Assembly: GCA_964016885.1 (NCBI GenBank)
Contig: CAXHJY010001387.1
Coordinates: 62,001-126,000, forward strand
Direction: 5' to 3'
Length of the DNA: 64,000 nucleotides
DNA from: Eledone cirrhosa
Lineage: Eukaryota
A program made the translations under genes and the position numbers. Below the pieces are notes generated by a model that was given only the letters and a program-made list of their open reading frames with translations, did not search any database and was not told the origin of the DNA. Positions within the stretch are counted from its first letter, which is position 1, and every line of letters starts with the position of its first letter. Below are positions 42,001 to 54,030 of the stretch, in pieces.

Positions 42001-42505
42001 CTTGAAAGCCTCTCTGAAAGACGCTAACATCTCTGCTGATACATGGGAGAATATTGCTGCTGATCGTAATAAATGGAGAAAGACTGTATATGAGGGAAAC
42101 GTTGCCTTTGAGGCATCTTGAATCGCATACGAGAAAGTAAAGCGGGATGTGAGGAAGGGCATTGCTGTTGCACTTCCAGACAGCGAGGGTCCTCCTATGG
42201 TGCTGACATACAGCGTATGTGCGAGACTCTGCCTAAGCAAAGCTGGACTCGAAAGTCATCTTCGCAGTCATAAAGTAAGACCAGTGGTTGACTACCAGGC
42301 TGCTGTTAGAGATGCTACTCATCATGCTTGCCAAACATGTGGTAGAGAATGTAAATCAGCAGGAGGGCTCAAGCGACATGCAAAAGTACATGAACTCCAA
42401 CCACAGCCGACTATTCCCAGTGAATGTTTTGGTTGCCGACTCTGTGCAAGACATTTTATATCATTAGCTGGGCTAAAAAGCCACATTCGATCGCAGCGCT
42501 GTTAG
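39095..42505 (+). pseudogene. RTE-clade LINE ORF (AP endonuclease + reverse transcriptase + C-terminal C2H2 fingers), disrupted
   Basis: WNVRTL, ALSETR, LGDFNARVG, WTDHRLV, NYRGISLLS, QSGFR, DLTKAFD, GVKQG and LYADD motifs. Two compensating indels near 39330-39352 put GVGFAVK in another frame. An in-frame TGA at 42119-42121 separates the zinc-finger tail. Confidence 0.93.
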
Positions 42506-42785
42506 TTGCTATTGTGTGTGTGTGTGTAGATATGCTTATGTGTGTGCGTGTGTGTGTATATATATATGTATATGTATATTATTATTGTTGTTGTCGTTAT
42601 TATTATTGTTGTTATTATTATTATTATTATTGTTATTAATGTATGTGTGTGTGTATATGTGTGTGAGTGTGTGTGTGTGTGTATATGTGTATGTATATGT
42701 ATATATATATATATTTCTTTTCTTTTTTTTTTATTTTTATTTTCTTTTTATTTATTTATTATTATTATTTTTTTTTTCTTTCTTT

Positions 42786-42949
42786 CTCCTCGTGCAATGG
42801 TCATACTCGATAACGAGGGGCAGCCATCATGTATGTATGTATGTATGTATGTATGTATGTATGTATGTATGTATGAATGTATGTATGTAGGGGTTCTCCT
42901 ACATGGATATAAAGTAGTGGCCGTACTCGAAAACGAGTTGGCAGCCACC

Positions 42950-42950
<1 letters not shown>
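42786..42950 (+). mobile_element. Two tandem RTE 3' ends with (TATG)n tails
   Basis: tggtcatactcgataacgaggggcagccatc(atgt)n is followed by tggccgtactcgaaaacgagttggcagccacc(atgt). The second matches the 3' end of 62239-62824. Confidence 0.7.
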
Positions 42951-43592
<642 letters not shown>

Positions 43593-43844
43593 TATAGCTA
43601 CGTACATAGACAGACAGTCTGATACAATTAGTTTGTCACAGTCCACAATTCCTGTATTCCCTTGTGTGATATCATTAATATTCCACAGAGGAACCACACA
43701 TAAACCAACCATTTTATTAATCAACTTAATTACCAATTAGTGCTGCATTTAATTTATTTATTATTTTGTTTGTTTGGTTGTTGGGTTTTTTTTTTTGTTT
43801 TTTGTTTCTTTCGCGTATTAAACTAATATCTCTAATCTCGGATT

Positions 43845-45357
43845 GATGGTGGTGGTGGTGGTGGTTGTGGTGGTGGTGGTGGTGGCTGTGGTGTTGGTGG
43901 TAGTTGTGATGGTAGTGGTCTTGGTGGTGGCTGTGGTGGTGGTGGTTGTGGTGGTGGTGGCTGTGGTGTTGGTGGTAGTTGTGATGGTAGTGGTCTTGGT
44001 GGTGGCTGTGGTGGTGGTGGTTGTGGTGGTGGTTGTGGTGGTGGTGGTTGTGGTGGTGGTGGCTGTGGTGTTGGTGGTAGTTGTGATGGTAGTGGTCTTG
44101 GTGGTGGCTGTGGTGGTGGTGGTTGTGGTGGTGGTTGTGGTGGTGGTGGTTGTGGTGGTGGTGGTAGTGGTGGTGGTGGTAGTTGTGATGGTAGTGGTCT
44201 TGGTGGTGGCTGTGGTGGTGGTGGTTGTGGTGGTGGTTGTGGTTGTGGTGGTAGTGGTCTTGGTGGTGGCTGTGGTGGTGGTGGTTGTGGTGGTGGTTGT
44301 GGTGGTGGTGGTTGTGGTGGTGGTGGCTGTGGTGTTGGTGGTAGTTGTGATGGTAGTGGTCTTGGTGGTGGCTGTGGTGGTGGTGGTTGTGGTGGTGGTT
44401 GTGGTGGTGGTGGTCGTGGTTGTGGTGGTAGTGGTGGTGGTGGTAGTTGTGATGGTAGTGGTCTTGGTGGTGGCTGTGGTGGTGGTGGTTGTGGTGGTGG
44501 TTGTGGTTGTGGTGGTAGTGGTGGTGGTGGTAGTTGTGATGGTAGTGGTCTTGGTGGTGGTTGTGGTGGTGGTAGTGGTTGTGGTGGTTGTGGTGGTGGT
44601 GGTGATTGTGGTGGTAGTTGTGGTGGTGGTTGTGGTGGTTGTGGTGGTGGTGGTGGTGGTGGTGGTAGTGGTTGTGGTGGTTGTGGTGGTGGTGGTGGCT
44701 GTGGTGATTGTGGTGGTTGTGGTGGTGGTGGTGGTTGTGGTGGTGGTGGTGGCGGTAGTTGTGGTGGTGGTGGTGGCTGTGGTGGTGGTGGTGGTAGTTG
44801 TGATTGTAGTGGTGGTTGTGGTGGTGATTGTGGTGGTGGTAGTGGTTGTGGTGGTGTTGGTGGTGGTGGTTGTGGTGGTGGTGGTGGTTGTGGTGGTAGT
44901 TGTGGTGGTGGTGGTGGTAGTGGTAGTGGTTGTGGTGGTAGTGATTGTGGTGGCGGTTGTGGTGGTGGTGGAAGGGGTGATGATTGTGGTAGTGGTGGTG
45001 GAGGTTTGGTAGCGATGGTTGTTGTGGTGGTTGTGGTGGTGGTGATAGCAGTGGTGGTGATAGCATTGGTGGTGTCGATGCTAGTGGTGGTGATGGCATT
45101 GGTGGTGATAGCAGTGGTGGTGATGGCATTGGTGGTGTCGATGCTAGTGGTGGTGATGGCATTGGTGGTGATAGCAGTGGTGGTGATGGCATTGGTGGTG
45201 ATAGCAGTGGTGGTGATGGCATTGGTGGTGTCGATGCTAGTGGTGGTGATGGCATTGGTGGTGTCGATGCTAGTGGTGGTGATGGCATTGGTGGTGTCGA
45301 TGCTAGTGGTGGTGATGGCATTGGTGGTGTCGATGCTAGTGGTGGTGATGGCATTGC
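43845..45357. repeat. (GGT/GTT)n trinucleotide-based minisatellite with higher-order units
   Basis: Repeated GTAGTTGTGATGGTAGTGGTCTTGGTGGTGGCT blocks, then 30-bp and 33-bp units (GGTGGTGTCGATGCTAGTGGTGGTGATGGCATT). Confidence 0.92.
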
Positions 45358-45395
45358 TATTGGCGATCGAGTTATCTGTATTCTAAGAGGGATTG

Positions 45396-45552
45396 AGGTG
45401 GCGAATTGGCAGAGTCGTTAGAAGGTCAGATAGAATGTTTTATGGCATTCGTTCTGACTCTCTGCTCTCGGAGTTCAAATCCCGCTGAGGTCAATTTTGC
45501 TTTTCAGCCTTTCGAGGTCGATAAAAAAAGTACCAGTCTAGTACTGGGGTGG
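45396..45552 (+). mobile_element. tRNA-derived SINE, 3'-truncated
   Basis: TGGCAGAGTCG A box, GAGTTCAAATCCC B box, and a gtcgataaa..gtaccag core. Confidence 0.8.
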
Positions 45553-46394
45553 ATTCTTCCTCTATATCTTTCTCATTTCCTCTCTCTCACTTGCTATCCT
45601 TCTCTGGAAGAAACCTGCTGTACTCAGGTCTGGAGAGGGATGGGCTCCGCCGGGCTTAAATGCCTCCAAAACGCCGTATGTCAATACGGCGCCCCTACGA
45701 CTATCAGGAGTTACAGGACCATACATATATGCAAGAGGGGAAGACTCAAATGGAATAGACCACCTTCGCTGTCGACGATGACTGTTGCAGTTGTTCGATC
45801 AGCGGACCAGCGTCCTCGTTAGTGTTACCAGAGAATATGAAAATAGCATCAATTTGGACATGCAACCACCCTGAACATATATTTCAATTATGAAATAGCA
45901 TTAACACTAACTACCCTGAACTTATATTTAATATGATCACATACATTTAGTTATACCCATAACACACAAACAACACTCACATATTGATTATGATTACATA
46001 GTTTTTGTTATACTTATTACACTCACATATTGATTATTTTCACTTCTTTCTTTCGCTATGCGTACATCTAAGTATGTAAGTATATACATTTGATGTCTAT
46101 AAGACGCATCGACCACTCCTTCATGTTAATGATATATTTAACGTACATATATAAGTTCACATACATTTAATTATACTTATAACACTTACATATGATTTAT
46201 ATCCAATCTTATAGCATCGAAAACTCCTTTTTTCTCTGCAAATATACTTAACATATTCATAGATATGTATGAATATTTTTGAGTGCTAATATATTTATTT
46301 TTTCTATGTATGAACTTATAGCAATTATTTGTTGGTCGTGTGGGTTAATTGATTGTGTTGTAATGTTGATTGGTTTATTGCGTGCATGATAACT

Positions 46395-46735
46395 TGTAGC
46401 TTGTTGTGTCGTGTGGTCACTGTTGTGTGATACAGTGTGACCAGAGGTTCAATAAGATGATGATAATATGATAGTTCCTTGATCACACAGAAAATGAATA
46501 TATATAAACGAACCACGATGACACCAAACGACTAGATTATTAATTTATTGAAAATAACTCACGCTGGAGTTATACTAAAAATACACAGGGACGTTATTTG
46601 TTTGTAGTAGAATTAAATTGTATTTACCAAGATAACTTCATAGACTTCACTGTCTTAGCTAAGAGAGAGACCAAGAGATAGAGATAGAGCGAAAGAAAAA
46701 GAAAGAGAAAGTAAGAGTCTGTAAGACCAGGAGAG

Positions 46736-46791
<56 letters not shown>

Positions 46792-47033
46792 TCTGTAGAC
46801 CCAATGGGGTCTGTAGAAAGCAAATGTTTTACATCGTTACTCTATCAGGAACTGCTCAGAACTACCTTTTGCTTGGTCTAAGACAGGCTATTTATATTTG
46901 TCGCTTCCTCTGTCCCCTGCCTTGAGAACCACCGAGGTGACCTCGAGAGATCGCCCATACATAGACTTGTTTACGCCAAAAAGTGAGCGTTAAATGTCAC
47001 CCAGGGGTCAGGGTGTGGTCAGATTTCGCTACA
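46395..47033 (-). mobile_element. Solo LTR (639 bp), probably Ty3/Gypsy
   Basis: TGTAGC...GCTACA 6-bp terminal inverted repeats and a 4-bp target-site duplication AACT (46391-94, 47034-37). TATAAATAG and a downstream AATAAA on the minus strand. Confidence 0.8.
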
Positions 47034-47149
47034 AACTTACGTGTGTATGTGTGTATATATGCGTTTATATGTATGTGAATATATTTTTTTGTACGTACGG
47101 TTTTATGTGTATATATGTATGTTAAGTATACACATATATATATACACAT

Positions 47150-47263
47150 ACAACCGTACCTACGTTTGGGATTTTACATATCTCTAAACCCACTCTGCAT
47201 CTCTCCAAGTATTGAGTACTCCCAAGATTAGTGGCCTCCCCAGTCTCAGCATCGCAGACTCGA
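47150..47263 (+). mobile_element. Isolated PLE tail fragment
   Basis: acccactct...ccaagtattgagtact matches the reverse complement of the 27497-27528 tail motif. Microsatellite flanks. Confidence 0.5.
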
Positions 47264-47284
47264 TACACACACATATATATGTAT

Positions 47285-47353
<69 letters not shown>

Positions 47354-47381
47354 CACACACATATATATAATAATCATAATA

Positions 47382-47571
47382 ATTGTTTCTACTTTAGGTA
47401 CAAGGCCAGCAATTACCAGTACATAACAGGTACTTTATTTTATCGACCCCGTAAGGATGAAAGGCAAAGTTAACCTCGGCGGGATTTGAACTCATACCAT
47501 AAAGGTCCGTAACTCTTTGCTGCAAAGCATGGCGTCTGACCCTCTACCGATACTGCCAATCCACCGCCCTC
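47382..47571 (-). mobile_element. tRNA-derived SINE
   Basis: Homologous to the reverse complement of 28081-28270. Confidence 0.85.
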
Positions 47572-47574
47572 ATA

Positions 47575-47625
<51 letters not shown>

Positions 47626-47867
47626 TTTTCTTTATTAACCACAAGGGTTCACATAAAGTAGACATTAAGGACAGTACAGGACAATACAGGACGGTACAAA
47701 TGGGCATTTCTGCGTGTAAAAAAACAGAGGTTGAAATAAAATAACAAAGAAAAATTCCCCAATAGGGGGGAGACTTCCAAGGGACATTTGTGGAGAAAGC
47801 CCATTAAAAGACCACAGTGGCCCTGACCACCAGGGCAAGTGCCCTCTCCCAGTTTTCCACCTTTAAT

Positions 47868-50800
47868 TTACAGACACATACTCAGAGAAGGCCCATTCAT
47901 TCGGGCCATACTTGCTTCTCTCACCCATCTTTCAACAAAATGCTGGGAAGAGAGCACTTCCCTCTCTACCCTGATTTTCCTTTTCAAATGAAATTTGAAA
48001 AAGTTAATCAGGGCATCACCGAAGAAGTAAGTGCTCGTCTTCAGCCCTTTCAAACGTGTCCACCATACTATCTCTTTCGCCATGGCCACCAGACAGATAA
48101 AAACTGCCTGCCCTTCCAGGCTAAAGGAAGGGGGCGGGGCAATCCTCACGATGGACTCAGCTGATAGCTGGATCCGTCCTACACGTGACAGCAGGTGTTC
48201 GACATAAACCCACAAGTCAGCAATGCTCGGACACTGGACGAGTGCGTGCAGGACGGTTTCGTCGCCCTGCGCGCATCTCGGACATGCCCGGCTGACGGCA
48301 CCTCCATGCCTGTAGAGTTTATCCCGAACTGGCAAAGCTCCTCGGTAGCACTGCCAGGCCAGGGATTTCTGGAAGTTGTCCATAGGCCCCGGCCCGAAAG
48401 TCCTTCCGAAGAGATTGGCTAGTTGATTTTCGTCGACGCCTAGAGTTTCTCCAAGTACGTCGTCGCTCTTCCCCTCCACTAATCCCCTATAGAACGCCAA
48501 GGTGGAGTTTCCACCGATCACATTGCCCGATTGGTCGAGGGCTGTGAGCGCCTGAAGACATTCCAGTCTCCAAGCGCTCCCTCTCGGTCTTCGCTTGACC
48601 CAGGACTGCAGCTCCGTCAAGGAGACGAGCTGGGGAAAAACGTGTCTTGCAAACGGCGACCACACCTGATCACCGTCGAGGAAGAGGTGGAGATGTCGTA
48701 GCCTGAGCGCGTGTCTGCGCATCATCAGCCACGGCATGCCCAGCCCTCCACGTAGCGGGTGTTGACAGCAGATGGACCGCCTGACCATCGGAGCGCGTCC
48801 CTTCCACAAGGAGCGAAAGAGCAAACGCTCCAGCGCAGTCAGGCGGGGCTTAGGACAAGGTACGACGGTCAGGCGGTAGTAGATGACGGATGCGATGTAC
48901 GCATTCGCCACCTCCGCTCGACCTTTCAGGGATAGCTTCCTCTCGGCCCATTTCTGGGTGAGAGAAGCCACCCTGCTCGTCACCTCGTCCCAGTTTTTGT
49001 CCGTCTGGAGGTCTGGACCGAACCAGACCCCCAGCAATTTAACCGGTCCGTTCGTCCAGCGCCCGACGACGCTGTTGGACGGCATGGACCTGCCTCTCCA
49101 GGTGCCGAGCTGCAGGGCCACTGACTTTTCCTGGTTGATCATTGCTCCTGTCACCGCTTCGTATTCTCTTAGTGTAGTGCCGATCGCCTCGATGTGTTTG
49201 GCGTTCGACACCACTACGGTGACATCGTCGGCATATGCTGACACGGATCTTCCGCATCCTAGTTCGCGCGGGACCCCCCTCAACGTCTCCAGTTTGTGCA
49301 GTAATGGCTCGAGAGTCAATACGTACAATAGGGACGAGAGGGGACATCCTTGGCGGACCGAGCGCATGATGTTGAACGGTTCCGAAAGGTGACCGTTCAC
49401 TCTCACTACAGAGCAGATGTCGCTGTGCATGGCAGCGATCCAGCCTCTGAAGACGGGCCCAAAGCCAGCCGCCCTCAGGACTGCCGTTAGGTAACGATGG
49501 TCGACCCTATCGAAGGCTTTCGACTGATCTAAATTGATCAAAGACCCACCCGTGCCAGGTTCCCTAGCTACCCTCTCTACGATGTATCGCATGAGGTGGA
49601 GGTTGTCGTGGATGGATCTGTCGGGAATGGCGCATGTCTGTGCCTCTCCCACCAGACCACCAACGACAAGCGCCAACCTCTTTGCTAGCACCTTGACCAA
49701 AATCTTGAACTCTGTGTTTAGCAGAGTTATGGGCCTAAAATTATCTATGTTATCCCCCTTGTTCGGATCCTTTCTCAGCAGCGCCACCGCTCCTCGGCTC
49801 ACAGAGCTGGGAATTCTCCCGTTCTGTTGCCAGTTGCAGTAGACGTCCGCCAAGAGGCCTCCGAACAAGTTTGGCATTTGTACGTAAAGTTCATAGGGCA
49901 GACCATCCAAACCAGGCGATTTACCCCTTGTGCAACTAGTCATTGCATCCCGTACTTCAGCGGTTGTTATCGGCTTTTCGCAACACTCCGCCTCAGTGGT
50001 CGAGAGCCGCGGCAGTCCGTCGAGGTAGACACTAAAGTCCATCCCTCGATCCGGCCCGCCACTGCCCCCGAACAGTTGAGCGAAGTGTCGCTGAAAAGCT
50101 TCACACATTTGCCCGGGATCGAGTAGCATGCGCCCGTCGTGGTCCACCAAAGACCGGATCGTGGTTTTGTTGCCACGACGCGCCTCCGCCACTCGGGCCC
50201 ATTGAACGGCTTTCGTCCCCTCGTGTCTGAGAGCACGCACCCTAGCTCTGACAACGCAGCCTTCGTGCTTTGCATTGAAGAATTGGTCAAGGGCCAATTT
50301 CGCCGCAAGTACGTCGGTCGCGATGCCTTTGCTAAGCGCCTCATCTAATTTTCTAACTAATTCTCCCTCTGCTCTATTTTTCTCTATTGCTAAAGTCTTA
50401 CTAAACCTAATGGACTCTATTCTAATTGCTCTTTTCAGAGCAAACCACAACTTGTTGTTGACGATGGCCCCCGTCAACGCCCGCTTAACTAGTTCGCTAA
50501 TCCGGTCTCTGTAGGCCTTGCGCGCTGGTAAGGACGCGTTTAGCTTCCAGTAGCCGGGTCCTTGTCTATGAAGCCTATCTAAGTCAAGCACACAGATCAC
50601 GAATTTGTGGTCCGTGTAGCTGACTATCTTGAATTGTGGATAGCCTATGCTAGACCTATCTATTTCCCTACAAAATACTCTATCTAGATATGATCTGGAT
50701 GACCCTATGCGATTTGTCCAAGTCCACATTGGTACATTCGGGAAATCCATTCGGTACCTGTCAGACAGTTCAAAACGTCTGAGCAGGTTGGTGAGACTCT

Positions 50801-51287
50801 TGCACCCTCCTTCCCTATCCACTAATCCCACACAATCCCAGCGTGCATCTAAGATCCCGTTCCAGTCGCCCACTAACGCTAAAGAGCGGGACGTTCCAAG
50901 AAAGGTCTCCAGACGCCGGAAGAAATCAGGCCGCCCTGCTCCTGTCGGGGCATAGACGGCCACTAACCTGAAAGCTTGCCCGTCTCCGCTGGTCACGTCC
51001 AGCACCACCAACTTACCTTCTGGGTCCAGGAAGATGGCCCGTATGGCAAGATCCAAACCTCTCCGAAAAAGCACAGCAACTCCTCCCCCCGATCCCGGAC
51101 GGCTGGGAGATGCGTACACATCGTAGCCGCCGAAGATCGGTGCGAAAGCCTGTGCTTCGGAGATTCTGGTCTCGCTGATGGCCACTACATCTATGTTTAG
51201 TGACCTGAGGTCGTTGAGCAGGTGGCCCTGCTTCCATGACGACCCCAAGCCACGCGCTTTTATGCTGCCTATTCTGAGTGAGGTCAT
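47868..51287 (-). CDS. Tx1/L1 ORF2: AP endonuclease + reverse transcriptase + C-terminal Cys/His motif, 1139 aa
   Basis: ISETR, VYAP, GDWN, YLDR, TDHK, GYWKLN, KSPGLDG, FRPITLLN, KAFDRV, RQGCPLS, AYADD and CPRC...HALVQC motifs. Uninterrupted frame. Confidence 0.95.
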   Translation of the reverse strand: MTSLRIGSIKARGLGSSWKQGHLLNDLRSLNIDVVAISETRISEAQAFAPIFGGYDVYASPSRPGSGGGVAVLFRRGLDLAIRAIFLDPEGKLVVLDVTSGDGQAFRLVAVYAPTGAGRPDFFRRLETFLGTSRSLALVGDWNGILDARWDCVGLVDREGGCKSLTNLLRRFELSDRYRMDFPNVPMWTWTNRIGSSRSYLDRVFCREIDRSSIGYPQFKIVSYTDHKFVICVLDLDRLHRQGPGYWKLNASLPARKAYRDRISELVKRALTGAIVNNKLWFALKRAIRIESIRFSKTLAIEKNRAEGELVRKLDEALSKGIATDVLAAKLALDQFFNAKHEGCVVRARVRALRHEGTKAVQWARVAEARRGNKTTIRSLVDHDGRMLLDPGQMCEAFQRHFAQLFGGSGGPDRGMDFSVYLDGLPRLSTTEAECCEKPITTAEVRDAMTSCTRGKSPGLDGLPYELYVQMPNLFGGLLADVYCNWQQNGRIPSSVSRGAVALLRKDPNKGDNIDNFRPITLLNTEFKILVKVLAKRLALVVGGLVGEAQTCAIPDRSIHDNLHLMRYIVERVAREPGTGGSLINLDQSKAFDRVDHRYLTAVLRAAGFGPVFRGWIAAMHSDICSVVRVNGHLSEPFNIMRSVRQGCPLSSLLYVLTLEPLLHKLETLRGVPRELGCGRSVSAYADDVTVVVSNAKHIEAIGTTLREYEAVTGAMINQEKSVALQLGTWRGRSMPSNSVVGRWTNGPVKLLGVWFGPDLQTDKNWDEVTSRVASLTQKWAERKLSLKGRAEVANAYIASVIYYRLTVVPCPKPRLTALERLLFRSLWKGRAPMVRRSICCQHPLRGGLGMPWLMMRRHALRLRHLHLFLDGDQVWSPFARHVFPQLVSLTELQSWVKRRPRGSAWRLECLQALTALDQSGNVIGGNSTLAFYRGLVEGKSDDVLGETLGVDENQLANLFGRTFGPGPMDNFQKSLAWQCYRGALPVRDKLYRHGGAVSRACPRCAQGDETVLHALVQCPSIADLWVYVEHLLSRVGRIQLSAESIVRIAPPPSFSLEGQAVFICLVAMAKEIVWWTRLKGLKTSTYFFGDALINFFKFHLKRKIRVEREVLSSQHFVERWVREASMARMNGPSLSMCL

Positions 51288-51321
51288 GTTGAAAAGGAGT
51301 GGAAAAGATGGGAAAGACCAC

Positions 51322-53279
51322 TTACCTTACTTCTCGTAGGGGAAGGACGGCTTTTCCATCCTTTTCACTGCTTGTGGCCTCCTCAGGAAGGATGTCCTTA
51401 TAAATCCTCCTGGAGAGTGCTTGTCGGAAGTCTCCGATGTCTTTGGGGAATTTTTGTTTTAGTGTCATGTACGTTTTCTGTGTGATGCGAGTGATTTGTA
51501 TGTGTGGAGGTGGTGTGAATTTTGGGGTTGTTGTGTAGTCTTTTTCTGTGATGTTGGTGTTGTGTTGGATGTAGTGTAATAATTGCTTGTTGTTCAAATT
51601 TAATGCTGTGTAGTGTGTATCGTTTTGGTTGTTTTGTTTTGTTTGCGTTTGTTGTGGGTTTGTTTCTGTTTCGCATTTTGGTGACTTTTGTGGTGTAGGT
51701 GATGGTGGTGCTGGGGATAATGATGGTGATGGTGTTGGTGTTTGGGTTGATGGGGTTGGTGATGCTGGTGTGGATGGTGGCATATCTGTCCTAACTTTTT
51801 TGTTTCTTAGTTTATTTGTTTCCCTCTGTATTTTGTTTTTGGAGGGGGAAGGAAGAGAATTTTTTTCTTTTTTGGTTTCTTTTTTTTTTCCGGATATCGT
51901 TTCCCACTCCTCGTCGTCACAATCTGTCTCCAGTTGTGATAGGCCGGGGAGTGGAAAATCCTCCACAGCCGTTAGTTTTGGTTGTGGTGTGGTGGATGGT
52001 GTAGGCGCTGGTGCTAGTTCTGAAGCGTTGGGTGGTGGTGGTGTTGGTTTTGCTGGTGGTGGTAGTGGTGTTGGTTTTGCTACTGTTGCTGGGGTTGTTG
52101 CTGTTATAGTTGCTTCTGTTGTTGCTGCTACAGTTGTTGCTGCCATCTCTGCTACTGGTGGTGTTGATGGTTGTGTCACTGGGGTGGGTAGGAGAGGTGG
52201 CCTCAACCTTTTAGCCTGAGGGCAGAAAGCCCTTAGGTGGGTTCCTTCACCACAAACGACACACCTAGGTCTTCTGCCCTCGACAATTACCGTGAGGTGG
52301 CTGCCGTCAGTGAGGTCTATTACCTCTGGGATCTCCTCAATGCTTTTTTGGTCCGCTTGGATCAGGAGCTCCATCCCAGATCCGGACCAGTTTTCCTGCT
52401 TTTCTTTTGCTACTGCTATTATTTTCGTGTTGACTTCGATGCCGGCGAGGACAACCGCTATTAGCCAGGGAATTTCGATGGCCGGTGGAACGTGGGTCAC
52501 CCTGATCTTTACGAGTCTCTGGCCACAATAGCTTGGGACGAGTGTGAGGTCGTCACTTTTTAATGGGGCCATGGAGTGTTCTCTAGCCTCCTCTGGTGTT
52601 TCAAAGAACACATCCACGGTTCCATACTTTTGCCCACGTCTGATGTGGGTTTTTCTTGCCCACACATGTCCCGTTCCACTCGGCGCGATTTTACATTTAT
52701 TGTTCTATACGACACGGTGCACAGGCGCCGATGCTCCATTTTATTAGGTGGGGGGGTGAGGCTGACCCTGTACCCATCTTTCTTTACCATTTGTTTGGCA
52801 TTTTCTAAATCTTCTTGAGTTACCGTGAACGCTTCGAATTGTTTTGCTACGATGGCGAAACTGAGGGTCGGTTTTATAATGTCATTGTTGTTGTTGTTGC
52901 TATCGTTAATATTAATTTTATTTTCAGTTGTGGTGGTGGTGACGTCAGTCGTCTTTGGTGGGGAAGAGTCCATTTTGCTTGATTTCATTTCCACGTCACG
53001 AGTTAATTTATTTTTTTCTTCTTTTGTTTCTGTTGTCGCGGTGGTGGTGGTGGTGGTGGTGGTTGTCGCGGTGGTGGTGGTGGTGGAGGGTTTAACACCT
53101 GCAGTCATTGGTAATGGCGGGAAATGAATGTCTGCCTGAGACAAATTTAAAATATTGCTACTGCTTATATTTTTTTTTGTGTTGGCAAACGTAGTAACAT
53201 TTACAATGGTGGTGTCGGTGTGAGGTGTTATTTTGTGAGGAAGGCTTTCAGCTGCTTCGTGCAGAGGGGAATTAGCCAT
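51322..53279 (-). pseudogene. Tx1/L1 ORF1 (gag-like, CCHC knuckle), split by one frameshift near 52670
   Basis: Overlapping ORFs 53279-52560 and 52665-51322. CVVCGEGTHLRAFC knuckle and Pro/Thr-rich linker, immediately upstream of ORF2. Confidence 0.8.
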
Positions 53280-53487
53280 TTTTTTTCAAAGAAATTTTTG
53301 GATAATATAAAAGTTAAAATTTTGGGCACAAGGCCCCAATCTTTTTGGGTGTCCTTTTCGGAAAACAATGTATGTGTACTTATAAACAGTTTACAATAAA
53401 ATTTTCCATAAATGGCAATTTTTAAACAAACGGAAATAACAAACCTTTGCGGAGCTCACGATAATACGATTTCCTACGTAGGTCGCC

Positions 53488-53534
<47 letters not shown>

Positions 53535-53535
<1 letters not shown>

Positions 53536-53712
53536 TGTTTCTACGTTTGGCACAAGGCCAGCAATTATCCAGTGCATTACTGGTACTTTATTTTATCGAC
53601 CCCGTAAGGATGAAAGGCAAAGTTAACCTAGGTGGGATTTGAACTCAGAAAGGCAAGGGCCGTAACTCTATGCGTCAAAGCATGGCGTCCGACCCTCTAC
53701 CGATACTGCCAA
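53535..53712 (-). mobile_element. tRNA-derived SINE
   Basis: Closely similar to 47382-47571. Confidence 0.85.
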
Positions 53713-53720
53713 TAATAATA

Positions 53721-54030
53721 AAAGGACGATTTGTTATGTCTTCATTACGTTTATTGACTGGTGACGCGCGTTTCGCTATTGATCAACTGTGGTAATGACA
53801 CAGCAGAGGTCCGACGAGCTTTTGATTCCAGAGTCGGGCCAGATCGAACCTTGAGCTGATCAATAGGGAAACGCGCGTCACCAACCAATAAACGTAATGA
53901 AGACATAACAAATCGTCCTTATATTATTATATTTATACTCTGTCTAGCCCTACACCTCGTTACAGACGTGAATCTAAACATCGGGTGCTCACCTGGGTGA
54001 ACATACGGTAACTTCACGTTACACTCTTTG
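53721..54030 (+). mobile_element. Fold-back PLE terminus: inverted arms plus ~110-nt tail, with a hammerhead-like motif at 53808-53882
   Basis: Inverted repeat 53722-53785 / 53857-53920. ggt-CCGACGA-gct...atagg-GAAA-CGCGCG-TC-acc (U4C variant). Tail starts TTATACTCTG. Confidence 0.7.

Larger units (their letters stand above)
47624..53487 (-). mobile_element. Apparently full-length Tx1/L1-clade LINE (~5.9 kb) inserted in (AAT)n
   Basis: 5' UTR with GAGCTCC, ORF1, ORF2, and AATAAA at the 3' end. (AAT)n on both flanks. Confidence 0.92.

Noticed and set aside
45040-45355. Regular 30-33-bp repeats suggestive of a CRISPR array
   Set aside because: No unique spacers and a eukaryotic context. This is a tandem minisatellite.
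47382-53712. Two similar direct repeats flanking the Tx1 element, resembling LTRs
   Set aside because: They are dispersed tRNA-SINE copies also found elsewhere in the window, and they lack TG...CA ends.
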